Assembly (NCBI GenBank): GCA_030141605.1
Contig: JAQGDQ010002446.1
Location: 1 to 31,620 of the forward strand
Length of the DNA: 31,620 nucleotides
Reading direction: 5' to 3'
Source of the DNA: Tubiluchus corallicola
Taxonomy: Eukaryota; Animalia; Priapulida
Of the stretch, positions 1-10,256 are shown piece by piece (position 1 is the stretch's first letter; each line of letters begins with the position of its first letter). The notes under the pieces are model-generated. The model saw nothing but the letters and a program-made list of their open reading frames with translations. It had not been told where the DNA came from and made no database searches. Position numbers and translations under genes: made by a program.

Positions 1-261
1 GTTTTCTATTTTTTCCCTTTTTATCAGTAGAGTTACAACAGCTGCTTAATATTAGAAAAGCAGCCGCTATAATTATTAAAAATTGTTTATATAACTTTTG
101 CATATTGGTATAATAATGAAAGCCACAAAGATAACTTGTCACAAAAACGACAAATAGCAGATATGTTGAGATTACTTTTAATTTTGTCTATCACTTAACG
201 ATATTCTACCGTTTTAAGATCCTATTCAACATTAGTGAAACTATTTTTTTAAATATTGTCC

Positions 262-269
262 TACATTTG
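262..269 (+). promoter_or_regulatory. Bacteroidota sigma-A -7 element (TACATTTG) for the first GAG operon
   Basis: Matches TAnnTTTG, 60 bp upstream of the GH88 ATG at 329. Confidence 0.55.
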
Positions 270-328
270 TGTTGTTATAATTTTCATATTTTAAAAACTA
301 TCAATAAATTTTTTAACTCAATTTTAAA

Positions 329-1528
329 ATGAAATTAAACTTTAACTATATATTTGCTATATTGCTTCTGTCAATAATTTTTTCTTGTTCAAACAATAAT
401 ACAGAGAATAAATGGATAAAAAAGAGTGCTGAAACTGCTAAAAAACAATTAGAAAAAGCAGCAGAAGAATTTAAAGATACTCAGAAATCTCCTCGTTCCA
501 TAGAGCCTAACGAAACAGTTAGACTTGTAAAGCCACGTGACTGGACAAGTGGATTTTTCCCGGGCAGTTTGTGGTATGCCTATGAACTTACAGAAGATGA
601 AAACCTGAAAAAATGGGCAGAGAAATATACTCACGATATTGAGGAGATACAGTATTGCACAACTACTCACGATGTAGGGTTTATGATGTATTGCAGTTAT
701 GGTAATGGACTTAGGCTTACCAATAACCCAACCTACAAGCCCATACTATTACAGACAGCAGAAAGCCTTATATCAAGATTCGATGAAACCGTGGGATGCA
801 TTCGCTCGTGGGACCATCATAAAGACGTATGGGATTATCCTGTAATAGTAGATAATATGATGAATTTAGAGCTACTATATTGGGCAGCCAAAAATGACAA
901 AGAGAACAGGGATAAATACCTAAATATAGCCAATACTCATGCTAAAACTACAATGAAAAATCATTTTAGAGAAGATTTTAGTTCCTATCATGTAGTGGAT
1001 TATGATACTTTAACAGGTAAAGTAAAAGGAAAATATACACATCAAGGTTATGGAGATGAAACCGCATGGGCAAGAGGACAAGCGTGGGGATTATATGGCT
1101 ATACTGTATGCTATAGAGAAACAAAAAATAAAGAATTCTTGCAGATGGCTGAAAATATTGCAAACTTTATTATCACTAAGATAGAAAACATAGATGACCA
1201 TATTCCTTATTGGGACTTTAATGCTCCTGATATTCCCAATTCATATAAAGATGCATCAGCAGGAGCTATTGCTGCAAGTGCTTTATTAGAACTAAGTCAA
1301 ATAACCAAAGACGATAAGTACTATAAATGGGCAGAAACTATATTGAGAATGTTAGCATCTGACAAATACTTAGCAAAAGTAGAAGAGAATTTATATTTCA
1401 TCCTAAAACATAGTGTAGGAAACTTGCCTAATAATTCGGAAATAGACACACCATTGAACTATGCTGATTATTACTTCCTAGAAACTCTAAAAAGATATAT
1501 AGATATTAATAATATAAAAATAAAATAA
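329..1528 (+). CDS. GH88 unsaturated glucuronyl hydrolase, lipoprotein
   Basis: Motifs DWTSGFFPG, THDVGF, IVDNMMNLELL, WARGQAW, DASAGAI, YADYYFLE; lipobox IIFS-C. Confidence 0.95.
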   Translation: MKLNFNYIFAILLLSIIFSCSNNNTENKWIKKSAETAKKQLEKAAEEFKDTQKSPRSIEPNETVRLVKPRDWTSGFFPGSLWYAYELTEDENLKKWAEKYTHDIEEIQYCTTTHDVGFMMYCSYGNGLRLTNNPTYKPILLQTAESLISRFDETVGCIRSWDHHKDVWDYPVIVDNMMNLELLYWAAKNDKENRDKYLNIANTHAKTTMKNHFREDFSSYHVVDYDTLTGKVKGKYTHQGYGDETAWARGQAWGLYGYTVCYRETKNKEFLQMAENIANFIITKIENIDDHIPYWDFNAPDIPNSYKDASAGAIAASALLELSQITKDDKYYKWAETILRMLASDKYLAKVEENLYFILKHSVGNLPNNSEIDTPLNYADYYFLETLKRYIDINNIKIK

Positions 1529-1556
1529 TTTATTAATCAAGTTAAAAAGAAAAACT

Positions 1557-2087
1557 ATGAAATTAATTTTAACAACTATTTGTGTAGCCTTATTTTCACT
1601 ATCAACTTTCGCCCAAGTAGAACCACCTTATAAGGCCAAATGGAAAGGGCAATTGGACGGCTGGAAATCGGTAGTCGTAGAAGGAACAAACAATTGGGCA
1701 GCTAGAGAAAAAGGAAAAGCTATAGAAATATCAGGGAAAAAGAAAAAACACGAAGTATATTTTCTGTCTCCTGAATTTGATTTTTCTACCAAAAAAGAAG
1801 CTAACTTAAAATTTATGTATGCATTTGGCAATGATAATAACAACCAAAATGGGGGCAATTTATCTGTTTACTACACAGAAAACTACAAAAAAAGTCCTAA
1901 TGATACTAAATGGATAGAGTTGGCAACCGATCTTTTATCAGAAGATGTAAGAGATTGGGGAAATTATAAAACGAAAAAAATTCTTATTAAATCTTCTTCT
2001 AAAAAAGTAAGAATTGCCTTTAAGTATACTTCTCCTGATAAGTTTGTATCAAAAAGAACTAGAATAAAGGAGCTAACTTTAGAATAA
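1557..2087 (+). CDS. Exported basic beta-sandwich protein (DUF5017/choice-of-anchor-J-like), function unknown
   Basis: Signal peptide ending STFA|Q; pattern FLSPEFDFS..LKF..LSVYYTENY..W..VRIAFKYTS; tightly packed in the operon. Confidence 0.7.
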   Translation: MKLILTTICVALFSLSTFAQVEPPYKAKWKGQLDGWKSVVVEGTNNWAAREKGKAIEISGKKKKHEVYFLSPEFDFSTKKEANLKFMYAFGNDNNNQNGGNLSVYYTENYKKSPNDTKWIELATDLLSEDVRDWGNYKTKKILIKSSSKKVRIAFKYTSPDKFVSKRTRIKELTLE

Positions 2088-2091
2088 AACA

Positions 2092-4071
2092 ATGAAACAC
2101 CTACTAGGTTTAAGTCTTGTTGTAACGGTAGTATTTATCTTCTTGATAAATACTACTTCTTGTTTTTTAAGAACCAAAAGTGATATCATCTATGTTTTAA
2201 GCAAATTAGACTTAAACAAACAAGGCTTAGAAAAAGTAAAAGAAGCCTATAACAATGGAAATTTCGAAAAAGCCCAACAAGCACTCTTAGCATATTACAA
2301 AAACCGCACACATATCACACATCTCAATGTAGATAAATCTCAAAAGAGTAGCTTCTTAAATAAAGGATTGGATGAAGTAGAAAGAAAAAGAGCCAATGAT
2401 GGGATGAAGCATATATTTTTCGTGCACAAAGGCTACGCCCCTATCGATTACGGTAAGGATATCAACTGGCAACTATGGGAAATAAAAGACAATGAGATTC
2501 GTTGGCAAGTCAATCGTATGTACTGGTGGATACCAATGGCAAAAACCTATTGGGATAGTGGTGATGAGAAATATGTAAAAGAGTGGATTTTTCAGTATTG
2601 TGACTGGATCAAGAAAAACCCCCTTGGCAAATCTAAAGATATAGACCGTTTCTCGTGGAGACCGCTTGAAGTAAGCCGACGCATAGAAGACCAAGCAGAA
2701 CTATTTGAATACTTCATTACCTCGCCTCATTTTACTGATGATTTCCTCATTACATTCCTCAAAAACTATTATACACACGCTGATAGGGTGGTTAATAAGT
2801 TTTCTGAACGTGGCAACCATCTCCTATTTGAAGCACAACGCTTGATAGGTGCAGGCACCTATTTCAATGAATTTAAAGATGCGCCTATGTGGAGACGCAG
2901 GGGCATAGAAGTGCTTAATAAAGAAATAAAAAAACAAGTATATCCTGACGGTTTTCAATATGAGCTTACGCCCCTCTATCACAATGCCTCTATCAATATA
3001 TTTACTAAAGCAATATTATTCGCCAAACAGGGAGGATTTGAAAAAGAGTTTCCTGATAGCTTTATAGCAATTATCAAAGATATGATATATGCTTCTATGA
3101 AAATATCGTTTCCCGACTTTCAACAACCAATGTATGGAGATTCTAAAAGACTTAGTGGAGAACATACTTTGCCTAAAATGTTTGCATACTGGTCTATACT
3201 ATTTCCTGAAGACCCATATATTAAATATTTCGCTACAGAAAGAAAAAAAGGCAAAGCACCAAATTTCAAATCATCCGCTTTAAAAAGTTCAGGATTCTAT
3301 ACTTTTCGCTCTGGATGGGAGACAGACGCTACGGTAATGCAATTAAAAGCAAGCCCTCCTGCTTTCTGGCATAGCCAACCTGATAATGGCACTTTTGAGA
3401 TATATATTAATGGGCGACATTTTACCCCTGATGCAGGTTGCTATGTATATGGAGGAGGGAAAGAAATAATGGAACAACGTAACTGGTTCAGACAAAGTAA
3501 AGTACACTCAACACTTACACTCAACAACAGGGATATTAATGTGGATGCTAAACTGATAAAATGGGAGACTTCTGAAAGCTTAGATGTGCTTGTTTATGAA
3601 AATCCAAGCTACGAAAATCTCATACATAAACGCACTGTGTTCTTTGTAGATAAAACTTTCTTTGTGTTTGTAGACGAAGCTATTGGTGATGCTAAAGGAC
3701 AGCTAAATCTCCACTTTAATTTTATAGAAGGAGATGCCATATATGACAAAGAAAAATATATTGTCAGAACTAACTTTAACGATAATAATAATATTCAAAT
3801 ACAATCTTTTCCTCCTGAAAAAACACAAATAATAGAAGAAGAAGGATGGGTGTCTTATAAATATATGAAAAAGGTGGAACGACCTGCTTTTTCTTTTCAA
3901 ACACAAAAGACAAACAAAAACATAATGAGATATATATCTATTATTGCTCCGTATCAAACAACACCAACAAATACTACCGTATCAGACATAAAAATAGATA
4001 AAGCAGGAAAACTAACTTCATTAATCCTAAATCACAACAGTAAAGAACATATTCTATCTCTTTCAAAATAA
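2092..4071 (+). CDS. hepC: Heparinase III / heparan-sulfate lyase (PL12)
   Basis: Motifs DNEIRWQVNRMYWW, WRPLEV, GNHLLFE, DGFQYEL, SGFYTFRSGW, WHSQPDNGTFE. Confidence 0.9.
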   Translation: MKHLLGLSLVVTVVFIFLINTTSCFLRTKSDIIYVLSKLDLNKQGLEKVKEAYNNGNFEKAQQALLAYYKNRTHITHLNVDKSQKSSFLNKGLDEVERKRANDGMKHIFFVHKGYAPIDYGKDINWQLWEIKDNEIRWQVNRMYWWIPMAKTYWDSGDEKYVKEWIFQYCDWIKKNPLGKSKDIDRFSWRPLEVSRRIEDQAELFEYFITSPHFTDDFLITFLKNYYTHADRVVNKFSERGNHLLFEAQRLIGAGTYFNEFKDAPMWRRRGIEVLNKEIKKQVYPDGFQYELTPLYHNASINIFTKAILFAKQGGFEKEFPDSFIAIIKDMIYASMKISFPDFQQPMYGDSKRLSGEHTLPKMFAYWSILFPEDPYIKYFATERKKGKAPNFKSSALKSSGFYTFRSGWETDATVMQLKASPPAFWHSQPDNGTFEIYINGRHFTPDAGCYVYGGGKEIMEQRNWFRQSKVHSTLTLNNRDINVDAKLIKWETSESLDVLVYENPSYENLIHKRTVFFVDKTFFVFVDEAIGDAKGQLNLHFNFIEGDAIYDKEKYIVRTNFNDNNNIQIQSFPPEKTQIIEEEGWVSYKYMKKVERPAFSFQTQKTNKNIMRYISIIAPYQTTPTNTTVSDIKIDKAGKLTSLILNHNSKEHILSLSK

Positions 4072-4077
4072 AAAACT

Positions 4078-7000
4078 GTGAAAACCTTTTCACCCATTAT
4101 ATTTTTGTTAAGTTTAACGTTATCTTATACGTTTGCTTCAGAACATATTATCTCTTTTGAAGATGGAATACCTGACAACTGGACAATAGAGGGAGGTGGA
4201 CAAATAAACACAACTACAGACCACTACAAGCACGGTAATTGGTCTTTGGAATGGGAGTGGACAAAAGAAGCATCCATATTAAATATAGACAATCCTATTT
4301 ATTTAGAAGAATCATCATTATTTAAAAATTCAGGAATAAGAATGTGGATATACAGTTCCGAACCTGTAGAAGATAGCCTCACATTTGAATTCTTCAAAGG
4401 AAATGAGATACAATTTAAGTTTAAATACAGTATTAATTACAAAGGATGGCGAGGCACTTGGATACGGTATAGAGAAGATGTAGATGGCTTTGATTGGGGA
4501 ACAGGCTTAGACAACTTTAAGATAAAATCTCCCACTACACCAGGGAAAGTATTTTTTGACCTTTTCGAGTTTTCAGACAATATTACTGGAGTACGTTTTT
4601 CAAGTTATCAATTTCAAGTAGGAACAAAAGAAAGTAACGCTTGGGCTACTTATAAGTGGAGTTTAGTAAACCCCAATAACTACATTCCCTTACCTGATGA
4701 AATAACCCAAGAAGAAATAGAAACCTTTAATACAATTACCCAACGCATAGATGATTGGATACTCGGAGTGAATAGCCATCCTACTGCAAACCCTTATACT
4801 CTTAGAAAAGAGAGCCAAAATTCATTTATCCGTAGACAAATAAGGGATATGAACGAATTTAAAATGCAAAGACATTCTGACGGACGGGTTACAGGTGTAC
4901 CTTTATTTGGACGAAACTCTCCATACAAACCTAAAATGAGTGAGGACGTGAGTCAAAAACTCCCCCTTGCATTAGCACTAGATTATAAACTAAATGGTAA
5001 TAACGAAAGTTTAGATAGTGCAATGCTGGTATTTGATTATCTACACGACCAAGGCTGGGCAGAAGGTAGCACTTTAGGGTCGCTTGACCACGAGATAAAC
5101 CGTATATCAGGCTATCCTTTTGCTGTATTCTTATTGCGCGACGAGTTGAAACAAGCAGGCAAACTAAACCGCGAAATTGCTACTCTAGAATGGTTTATTA
5201 CTTTCAAACAATCTTTTGTAGATGAGCAATACGAAGTAACAGCTGATGCACTAAGAAACAGAGCTATGTATAGACTTCTATTGGTAATGCTAATGGATGA
5301 CACACCTAAAAAAGTACAATATGCACAAGGACTGCTCAAATATTTAAACAAAGCGCTGGAATTAACAACGGGGTGGGCTGCTACTTTAAAGCCTGACTAC
5401 ACAGGCTATCATCATCGTTTTGCCTATATTAGTGCTTATACTCCTAATTCTTTTCTTAATGCTTCTTTAATAAACTACTTTTTAGGCAACACTAAGTTTG
5501 CTTTAAATGAGAATTCTAAAGAAAATTTAAAAAACGTACTTCGCACAATAAGAATATTAGCTAATAAATATGAAACACCTGCAAGTACAGGAGGGAGAAT
5601 ATTTTCTCTTGATGTTACTAATCAATTAATAGCTGCTTATGCCTATATGGCAACTATTGAAGACCCAGTAGACCCAGAAATGGCAAGTATACTTATGAGA
5701 TTGTGGGAGCCTGATTCTTACTATCTTGAAGACCGACTGTTTTCTAAATCAGGCTCAGACATAACATTCTTCCGCTCATTGGGAGAAATAGAAATTATGT
5801 TAGATATAGTAGACAAAAACATTGCACCAGAACCCTCCCCTAGCGGATTTTGGGCTAAACCTTTTGCTGGTATAGCCGTACAACGCCGAGACGAATGGCT
5901 TGCTACTGTAAAAGGGTGGAGCCAGTATATTTGTGATTTTGAAAGCTCAGGCACTGAAAATGTCTTTGGAAGATATCTAAGCTATGGGAACATTCAAATA
6001 CAGAGCAACGGAGACCCCGTAGACCACAATAGCAATGGTTTTAGACGAGATAATGGATGGGATTGGACACGATGGGCAGGAACTACAGTTATCAATTATC
6101 CATTAAAAGACATAAAACACAGTGGAGCTAGTTCCGACCATAGAAACTTTTCAAATAAAACATTTATGGGAAGTCTAAGCTTTGAAGACGAAAATGGAAT
6201 GTGGGCTATGCAGCTAGAAGATAATAAGTTTAATACAGGACTAAAAGCTAATAAAAGTGTTTTCTTTTTTGACAACCAGTTGATATGCTTGGGGTCAGAT
6301 ATTGAAAGTAGTGTTCTTAATTATGATACAGAGACTCCCCTATTTCAAATCTATTTAAATAATCTCACAGATGAAATATTTATTAACTCACACAAAAGTA
6401 TTACTGAATTTCCTTATAATGAAAGTATAAATACTTCTAATACCACTTGGCTATTAGATAATAATAATAATGCTTACATATTACCTGAGAAACAACAAAT
6501 AGAGATTAGAAAACAAGAACAAACATCTAGAGACCATCAAGACAAAAAAGACACAGAAGGTAATTACGCCGTAGCGTGGCTTAATCACGGGGAAGCTCCT
6601 GAAAATGAAGAATACGAATTTACCATACTAATAAATTCTACCACCCCAGAAACCGAAAAATATACCAATGCCATACCTTATGAGATAATATCAAAAGACA
6701 GCACAGCACATATAATACATCACAATGATTTTAACACTACTGCATTTGCTATTTTCAACCATCGCAATTATACACAACAAGGGCTTATCAAAACAGTATC
6801 AGAGCCTGTAATGATTATGTATAAAGAAAAAGATGAAACTTCTTTGACTTTAAGTATTGTTGCTCCCGACTTTAAACGCACACACTACACATATACAAAT
6901 AATATTGCAGATGATGACGTTTTTGAAGCAGGTAACAAGTTCATAGTAGAAGTATTGATAGAAGGTAGTTGGGAATTGGACAAAGAATATCTTAATGCAG

Positions 7001-7377
7001 AAGTTACTAGTGTTAGTGGACAAGGGACTACCTTAGAGTTTATCTGTTGGCAAGCAATGACCATAGAAGTAAACCTTAACAGAATAGAAGATATAATTGA
7101 GAAAGAAGACACAAATAAAAATACCTTAATAGCGTATCCTAATCCTATTACGGACAATAGTATGAAGATAAGCATAGAAATAGAAAAACCAACAATAACA
7201 ACACTTGGTATCTTTAATCAAAATGGTAAAATAATAGATGTTATTGTTAACAGATTTTTAGAAGCTGGAAACTACAACTTTGATTATAACACCCAAAAAC
7301 TTAATAATGGTATGTATTTTCTCAGCCTTGAAATAGACAATGAACAAGTTACGAAAAAAATACTCATTTTAAAATAA
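4078..7377 (+). CDS. Chondroitin ABC lyase-type PL8 enzyme with T9SS type-A C-terminal domain
   Basis: GTG start and signal peptide; HYKHGNWSLEWEW, DQGWAEGS, KPDYTGYHH, GWDWTRWAGTT, ANKSVFFFD, AWLNHG; C-terminal YPNP..IFNQNGK..LNNGMYFL..TKKILILK at about 7120-7377. Confidence 0.92.
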   Translation: MKTFSPIIFLLSLTLSYTFASEHIISFEDGIPDNWTIEGGGQINTTTDHYKHGNWSLEWEWTKEASILNIDNPIYLEESSLFKNSGIRMWIYSSEPVEDSLTFEFFKGNEIQFKFKYSINYKGWRGTWIRYREDVDGFDWGTGLDNFKIKSPTTPGKVFFDLFEFSDNITGVRFSSYQFQVGTKESNAWATYKWSLVNPNNYIPLPDEITQEEIETFNTITQRIDDWILGVNSHPTANPYTLRKESQNSFIRRQIRDMNEFKMQRHSDGRVTGVPLFGRNSPYKPKMSEDVSQKLPLALALDYKLNGNNESLDSAMLVFDYLHDQGWAEGSTLGSLDHEINRISGYPFAVFLLRDELKQAGKLNREIATLEWFITFKQSFVDEQYEVTADALRNRAMYRLLLVMLMDDTPKKVQYAQGLLKYLNKALELTTGWAATLKPDYTGYHHRFAYISAYTPNSFLNASLINYFLGNTKFALNENSKENLKNVLRTIRILANKYETPASTGGRIFSLDVTNQLIAAYAYMATIEDPVDPEMASILMRLWEPDSYYLEDRLFSKSGSDITFFRSLGEIEIMLDIVDKNIAPEPSPSGFWAKPFAGIAVQRRDEWLATVKGWSQYICDFESSGTENVFGRYLSYGNIQIQSNGDPVDHNSNGFRRDNGWDWTRWAGTTVINYPLKDIKHSGASSDHRNFSNKTFMGSLSFEDENGMWAMQLEDNKFNTGLKANKSVFFFDNQLICLGSDIESSVLNYDTETPLFQIYLNNLTDEIFINSHKSITEFPYNESINTSNTTWLLDNNNNAYILPEKQQIEIRKQEQTSRDHQDKKDTEGNYAVAWLNHGEAPENEEYEFTILINSTTPETEKYTNAIPYEIISKDSTAHIIHHNDFNTTAFAIFNHRNYTQQGLIKTVSEPVMIMYKEKDETSLTLSIVAPDFKRTHYTYTNNIADDDVFEAGNKFIVEVLIEGSWELDKEYLNAEVTSVSGQGTTLEFICWQAMTIEVNLNRIEDIIEKEDTNKNTLIAYPNPITDNSMKISIEIEKPTITTLGIFNQNGKIIDVIVNRFLEAGNYNFDYNTQKLNNGMYFLSLEIDNEQVTKKILILK

Positions 7378-7384
7378 TAATACT

Positions 7385-9967
7385 ATGTGGCGATACTTAT
7401 TTTTCTTACTCATTATCACTCAATCCTGTAATTTTAATAGGAACTCAGAAGTTTCTTATACTGGAAAAACAATTTACAATAGGGAACGACAAACGCCCAC
7501 CCCTATCAACAACAAAAAAATAAGTATCAACCCACCAGCACTGTTGTTCCCTCCCTCAACAGCCAAAGGTGTAAAGTACAAGATAAAACTATCATCATCA
7601 AAATCTTTTGACAAAGACCTAATAGAAAGTACCACCTTTGATTGGGCTATGTATAGCCCTCACAAACCTTTGAAGGAAGGAAAATGGTTTTGGCAGTATT
7701 GTGAAATTGTTGAAAATACAGAGAAATGGTCAGAAATATATGACTTCTCCATACCTTCCAATGCTATAAAAGTAGAAACACCTACCATAGCAGAAATGCT
7801 TGACTTAGCTCCCCTTTCTCACCCCAGAATTTTAGTAATGAAAGACAAAATAGAGACTTTCAGAAAGCAAGCCAAAGATAGACCTGATGCAAAAATCATT
7901 ATGAAAAAAGCCAATAAATACCTCAATGCCCCACTAGCAGCTAGGAAACCAACACGCCCTAGAGACATTACTGATATCACCGATGAGTGGAAACTTAAAG
8001 TAATGTACACCTTTATGTATCATAGTTATGGAAAAAACCTCCAAGAACCTGTAGAGAATCTATGTCTTGCCTTTCTAATAACAGGAGAAGAAAAATACAT
8101 CAAGGCAGCTATTAGGCATGGTATGTATGTTACCACTTTTGACATTGATGATATATATACACGCGACGACTTCAACAGTGGTGCATCTATGCTAACTATG
8201 GCAATGTTGTACGATACTGGTTACGATTTTTTAACAGAGAAGCAAAAAGAAACGTTAAAAAAACATATTGCCATTAGAGGCAATAACTTCTATAAACATT
8301 TAGCAAATAGATTTGAGGTAAGAACAATGGACAATCACGTTTGGCAGATAACCTTACGTCAATTTACTTTTACAGCAATGGCTATGCTACACGAGATACC
8401 CGAAGCAGAGAAATGGTTGTCGTACGCCTATGAAGCTTGGATATGTAGAGTGCCTGTTTTAGCAGGTACTGATGGCGGTTGGCATAATGGAAATAGTTAT
8501 TTTAGAGTAAATTTTGAAACACTCATCTACATACCCTTGCTTTATAAAGAAACATTAGGTATCAATCTAATGAATCACAAATGGTATGAAAATTTAGCCT
8601 ATTATTTATTCTATTCACACCCTTTAAACTCTTACAGCACTGGGTTTGGAGATGGATATGAGAAGCTATATTCGCCTCAAATAACTTGGATAGCATTTGC
8701 CGACGTGCTTTCTAGAGAGCTAAAAAATCCATACACTACGTGGTACGTCAACCAATTTTTAAATAGTAAAGAAGATGAATTGTATAAAGACAAAAAATTT
8801 TCTCTATATCGTTTAAAGTCAGAAATTGGCAGAAAAAGTTTGACTGAAAAATCACCCAAAAACTTGCCACAAGCAAGGCTAATGAAAGACATTGGAGTGG
8901 CTGTAATACATAATAACCTTACCCACACGCCTGACAATTTGATGTTTTCTTTTCGCTCAAGCCCATTTGGTGCAACAGGACACGCACACGCCAACCAAAA
9001 CTCTTTTACCATTTCATACGCTGGCCAACACTTATTTGGAAATAGTGGCTATTACACTATGTTTAGCGACCCACACAACCTATTGCATTATAGAAATTCT
9101 AGGGGGAGCAATACCATACTGATAGACAGTCTGTCTCAACAGATAGGAGAAGAGGGTTACGGTATGATATTACGCTTTATGAACACCCCACAGCTGGCTT
9201 ATTGTATGGGAGATGCATCTAATGCTTATGGCAATTTAGAAAGTGGTTTTTGGATTGATAGGTTCAATAAAGAAAATTTGAATATCAATGAGAAAAACGG
9301 TTTTGGAGAAAATCGCATGAAGCGTTTTCGCAGACATACAGTATTTATTAGACCAAATGCTATTGTAATGTATGATGAGCTAGAGGCAACAAAACCTGTG
9401 AGTTGGACGTGGCAACTACATAGCCGCAACATCATTTCTGATAAGGAAAGTATCGATGCCACAAGGTTTTATTGTGAAAATGATTTTGCAAAAAGCAATG
9501 TTTATGTGCTGGCTTCATCCCCTGTATCTCACACTATTACTGACAATTTTTCTTCTCCTGCTTTGAATTGGAGGAAAAAAACTGATAGCAAAGGAAATAT
9601 AATTGTTTATAAAAAGAATTGGCACGCTGGTGTTACTTCTGAAAAAAAGACAGAAAAAATAAGGTTTTTAGCAGTATTTACAATAGATGACACAGAAATA
9701 GAAGAACTAAAAATAGATAAAACTACGAATATTGTATCTTTCTCCAACTGGAAAATAACTGCTGAAATGGATGCAGAAAAAGAACCTAAGCTACTGGTCG
9801 AGAATGCTACTAATGATGCATGTTTTGGATACAATATATCTAATGTTGAAGTAGGCGACAAAACCTATAAAACAAAATATACCAAAAGTTCCTTTATTGT
9901 TGACTTAACTGAGAAAGACAGTCCATTTATTGAGGTAATTGATGAATTACCTGATATTTTGAAATAA
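7385..9967 (+). CDS. DUF4962 plus heparinase II/III domain exo-lyase (PL15-like), lipoprotein
   Basis: Motifs INPPALLFP, HPRIL, DNHVWQ, DGGWHNGNSYF, GHAHANQNSF, GDASNAY; lipobox TQS-C. Confidence 0.85.
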   Translation: MWRYLFFLLIITQSCNFNRNSEVSYTGKTIYNRERQTPTPINNKKISINPPALLFPPSTAKGVKYKIKLSSSKSFDKDLIESTTFDWAMYSPHKPLKEGKWFWQYCEIVENTEKWSEIYDFSIPSNAIKVETPTIAEMLDLAPLSHPRILVMKDKIETFRKQAKDRPDAKIIMKKANKYLNAPLAARKPTRPRDITDITDEWKLKVMYTFMYHSYGKNLQEPVENLCLAFLITGEEKYIKAAIRHGMYVTTFDIDDIYTRDDFNSGASMLTMAMLYDTGYDFLTEKQKETLKKHIAIRGNNFYKHLANRFEVRTMDNHVWQITLRQFTFTAMAMLHEIPEAEKWLSYAYEAWICRVPVLAGTDGGWHNGNSYFRVNFETLIYIPLLYKETLGINLMNHKWYENLAYYLFYSHPLNSYSTGFGDGYEKLYSPQITWIAFADVLSRELKNPYTTWYVNQFLNSKEDELYKDKKFSLYRLKSEIGRKSLTEKSPKNLPQARLMKDIGVAVIHNNLTHTPDNLMFSFRSSPFGATGHAHANQNSFTISYAGQHLFGNSGYYTMFSDPHNLLHYRNSRGSNTILIDSLSQQIGEEGYGMILRFMNTPQLAYCMGDASNAYGNLESGFWIDRFNKENLNINEKNGFGENRMKRFRRHTVFIRPNAIVMYDELEATKPVSWTWQLHSRNIISDKESIDATRFYCENDFAKSNVYVLASSPVSHTITDNFSSPALNWRKKTDSKGNIIVYKKNWHAGVTSEKKTEKIRFLAVFTIDDTEIEELKIDKTTNIVSFSNWKITAEMDAEKEPKLLVENATNDACFGYNISNVEVGDKTYKTKYTKSSFIVDLTEKDSPFIEVIDELPDILK

Positions 9968-10219
9968 ATATAACAGGATTAAGGACAGTTTCTGTTTTCT
10001 TAGTTCTTAACAAGAGAAAGATTTGCCACATATTATTCTAATTATATTAACTTGTGCTGTATAAAATAAGGAATAACAACGTTTATAAAAAACAAAAAAA
10101 ATGAAGTGTAAATTTATATATAATCACCAAGATTAATATATAGAAACTAAGAGTTGAAAGATAAGAACTGAAAATAACTTTACTTTTAGTTCTACAACCC
10201 TTAACTTCTAAAATTATGT

Positions 10220-10227
10220 TACATTTG
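10220..10227 (+). promoter_or_regulatory. -7 element (TACATTTG) of the orphan gene
   Basis: TAnnTTTG, 30 bp upstream of the ATG at 10257. Confidence 0.5.
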
Positions 10228-10256
10228 CAGTAATATTGAAAACAGCATTTTGTTTT

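Noticed and set aside
136-260. Recurring TTGTC words as a possible HTCS operator
   Set aside because: Spacing is irregular and no matching motif was found in the HTCS/PL8 divergent region 19212-19435
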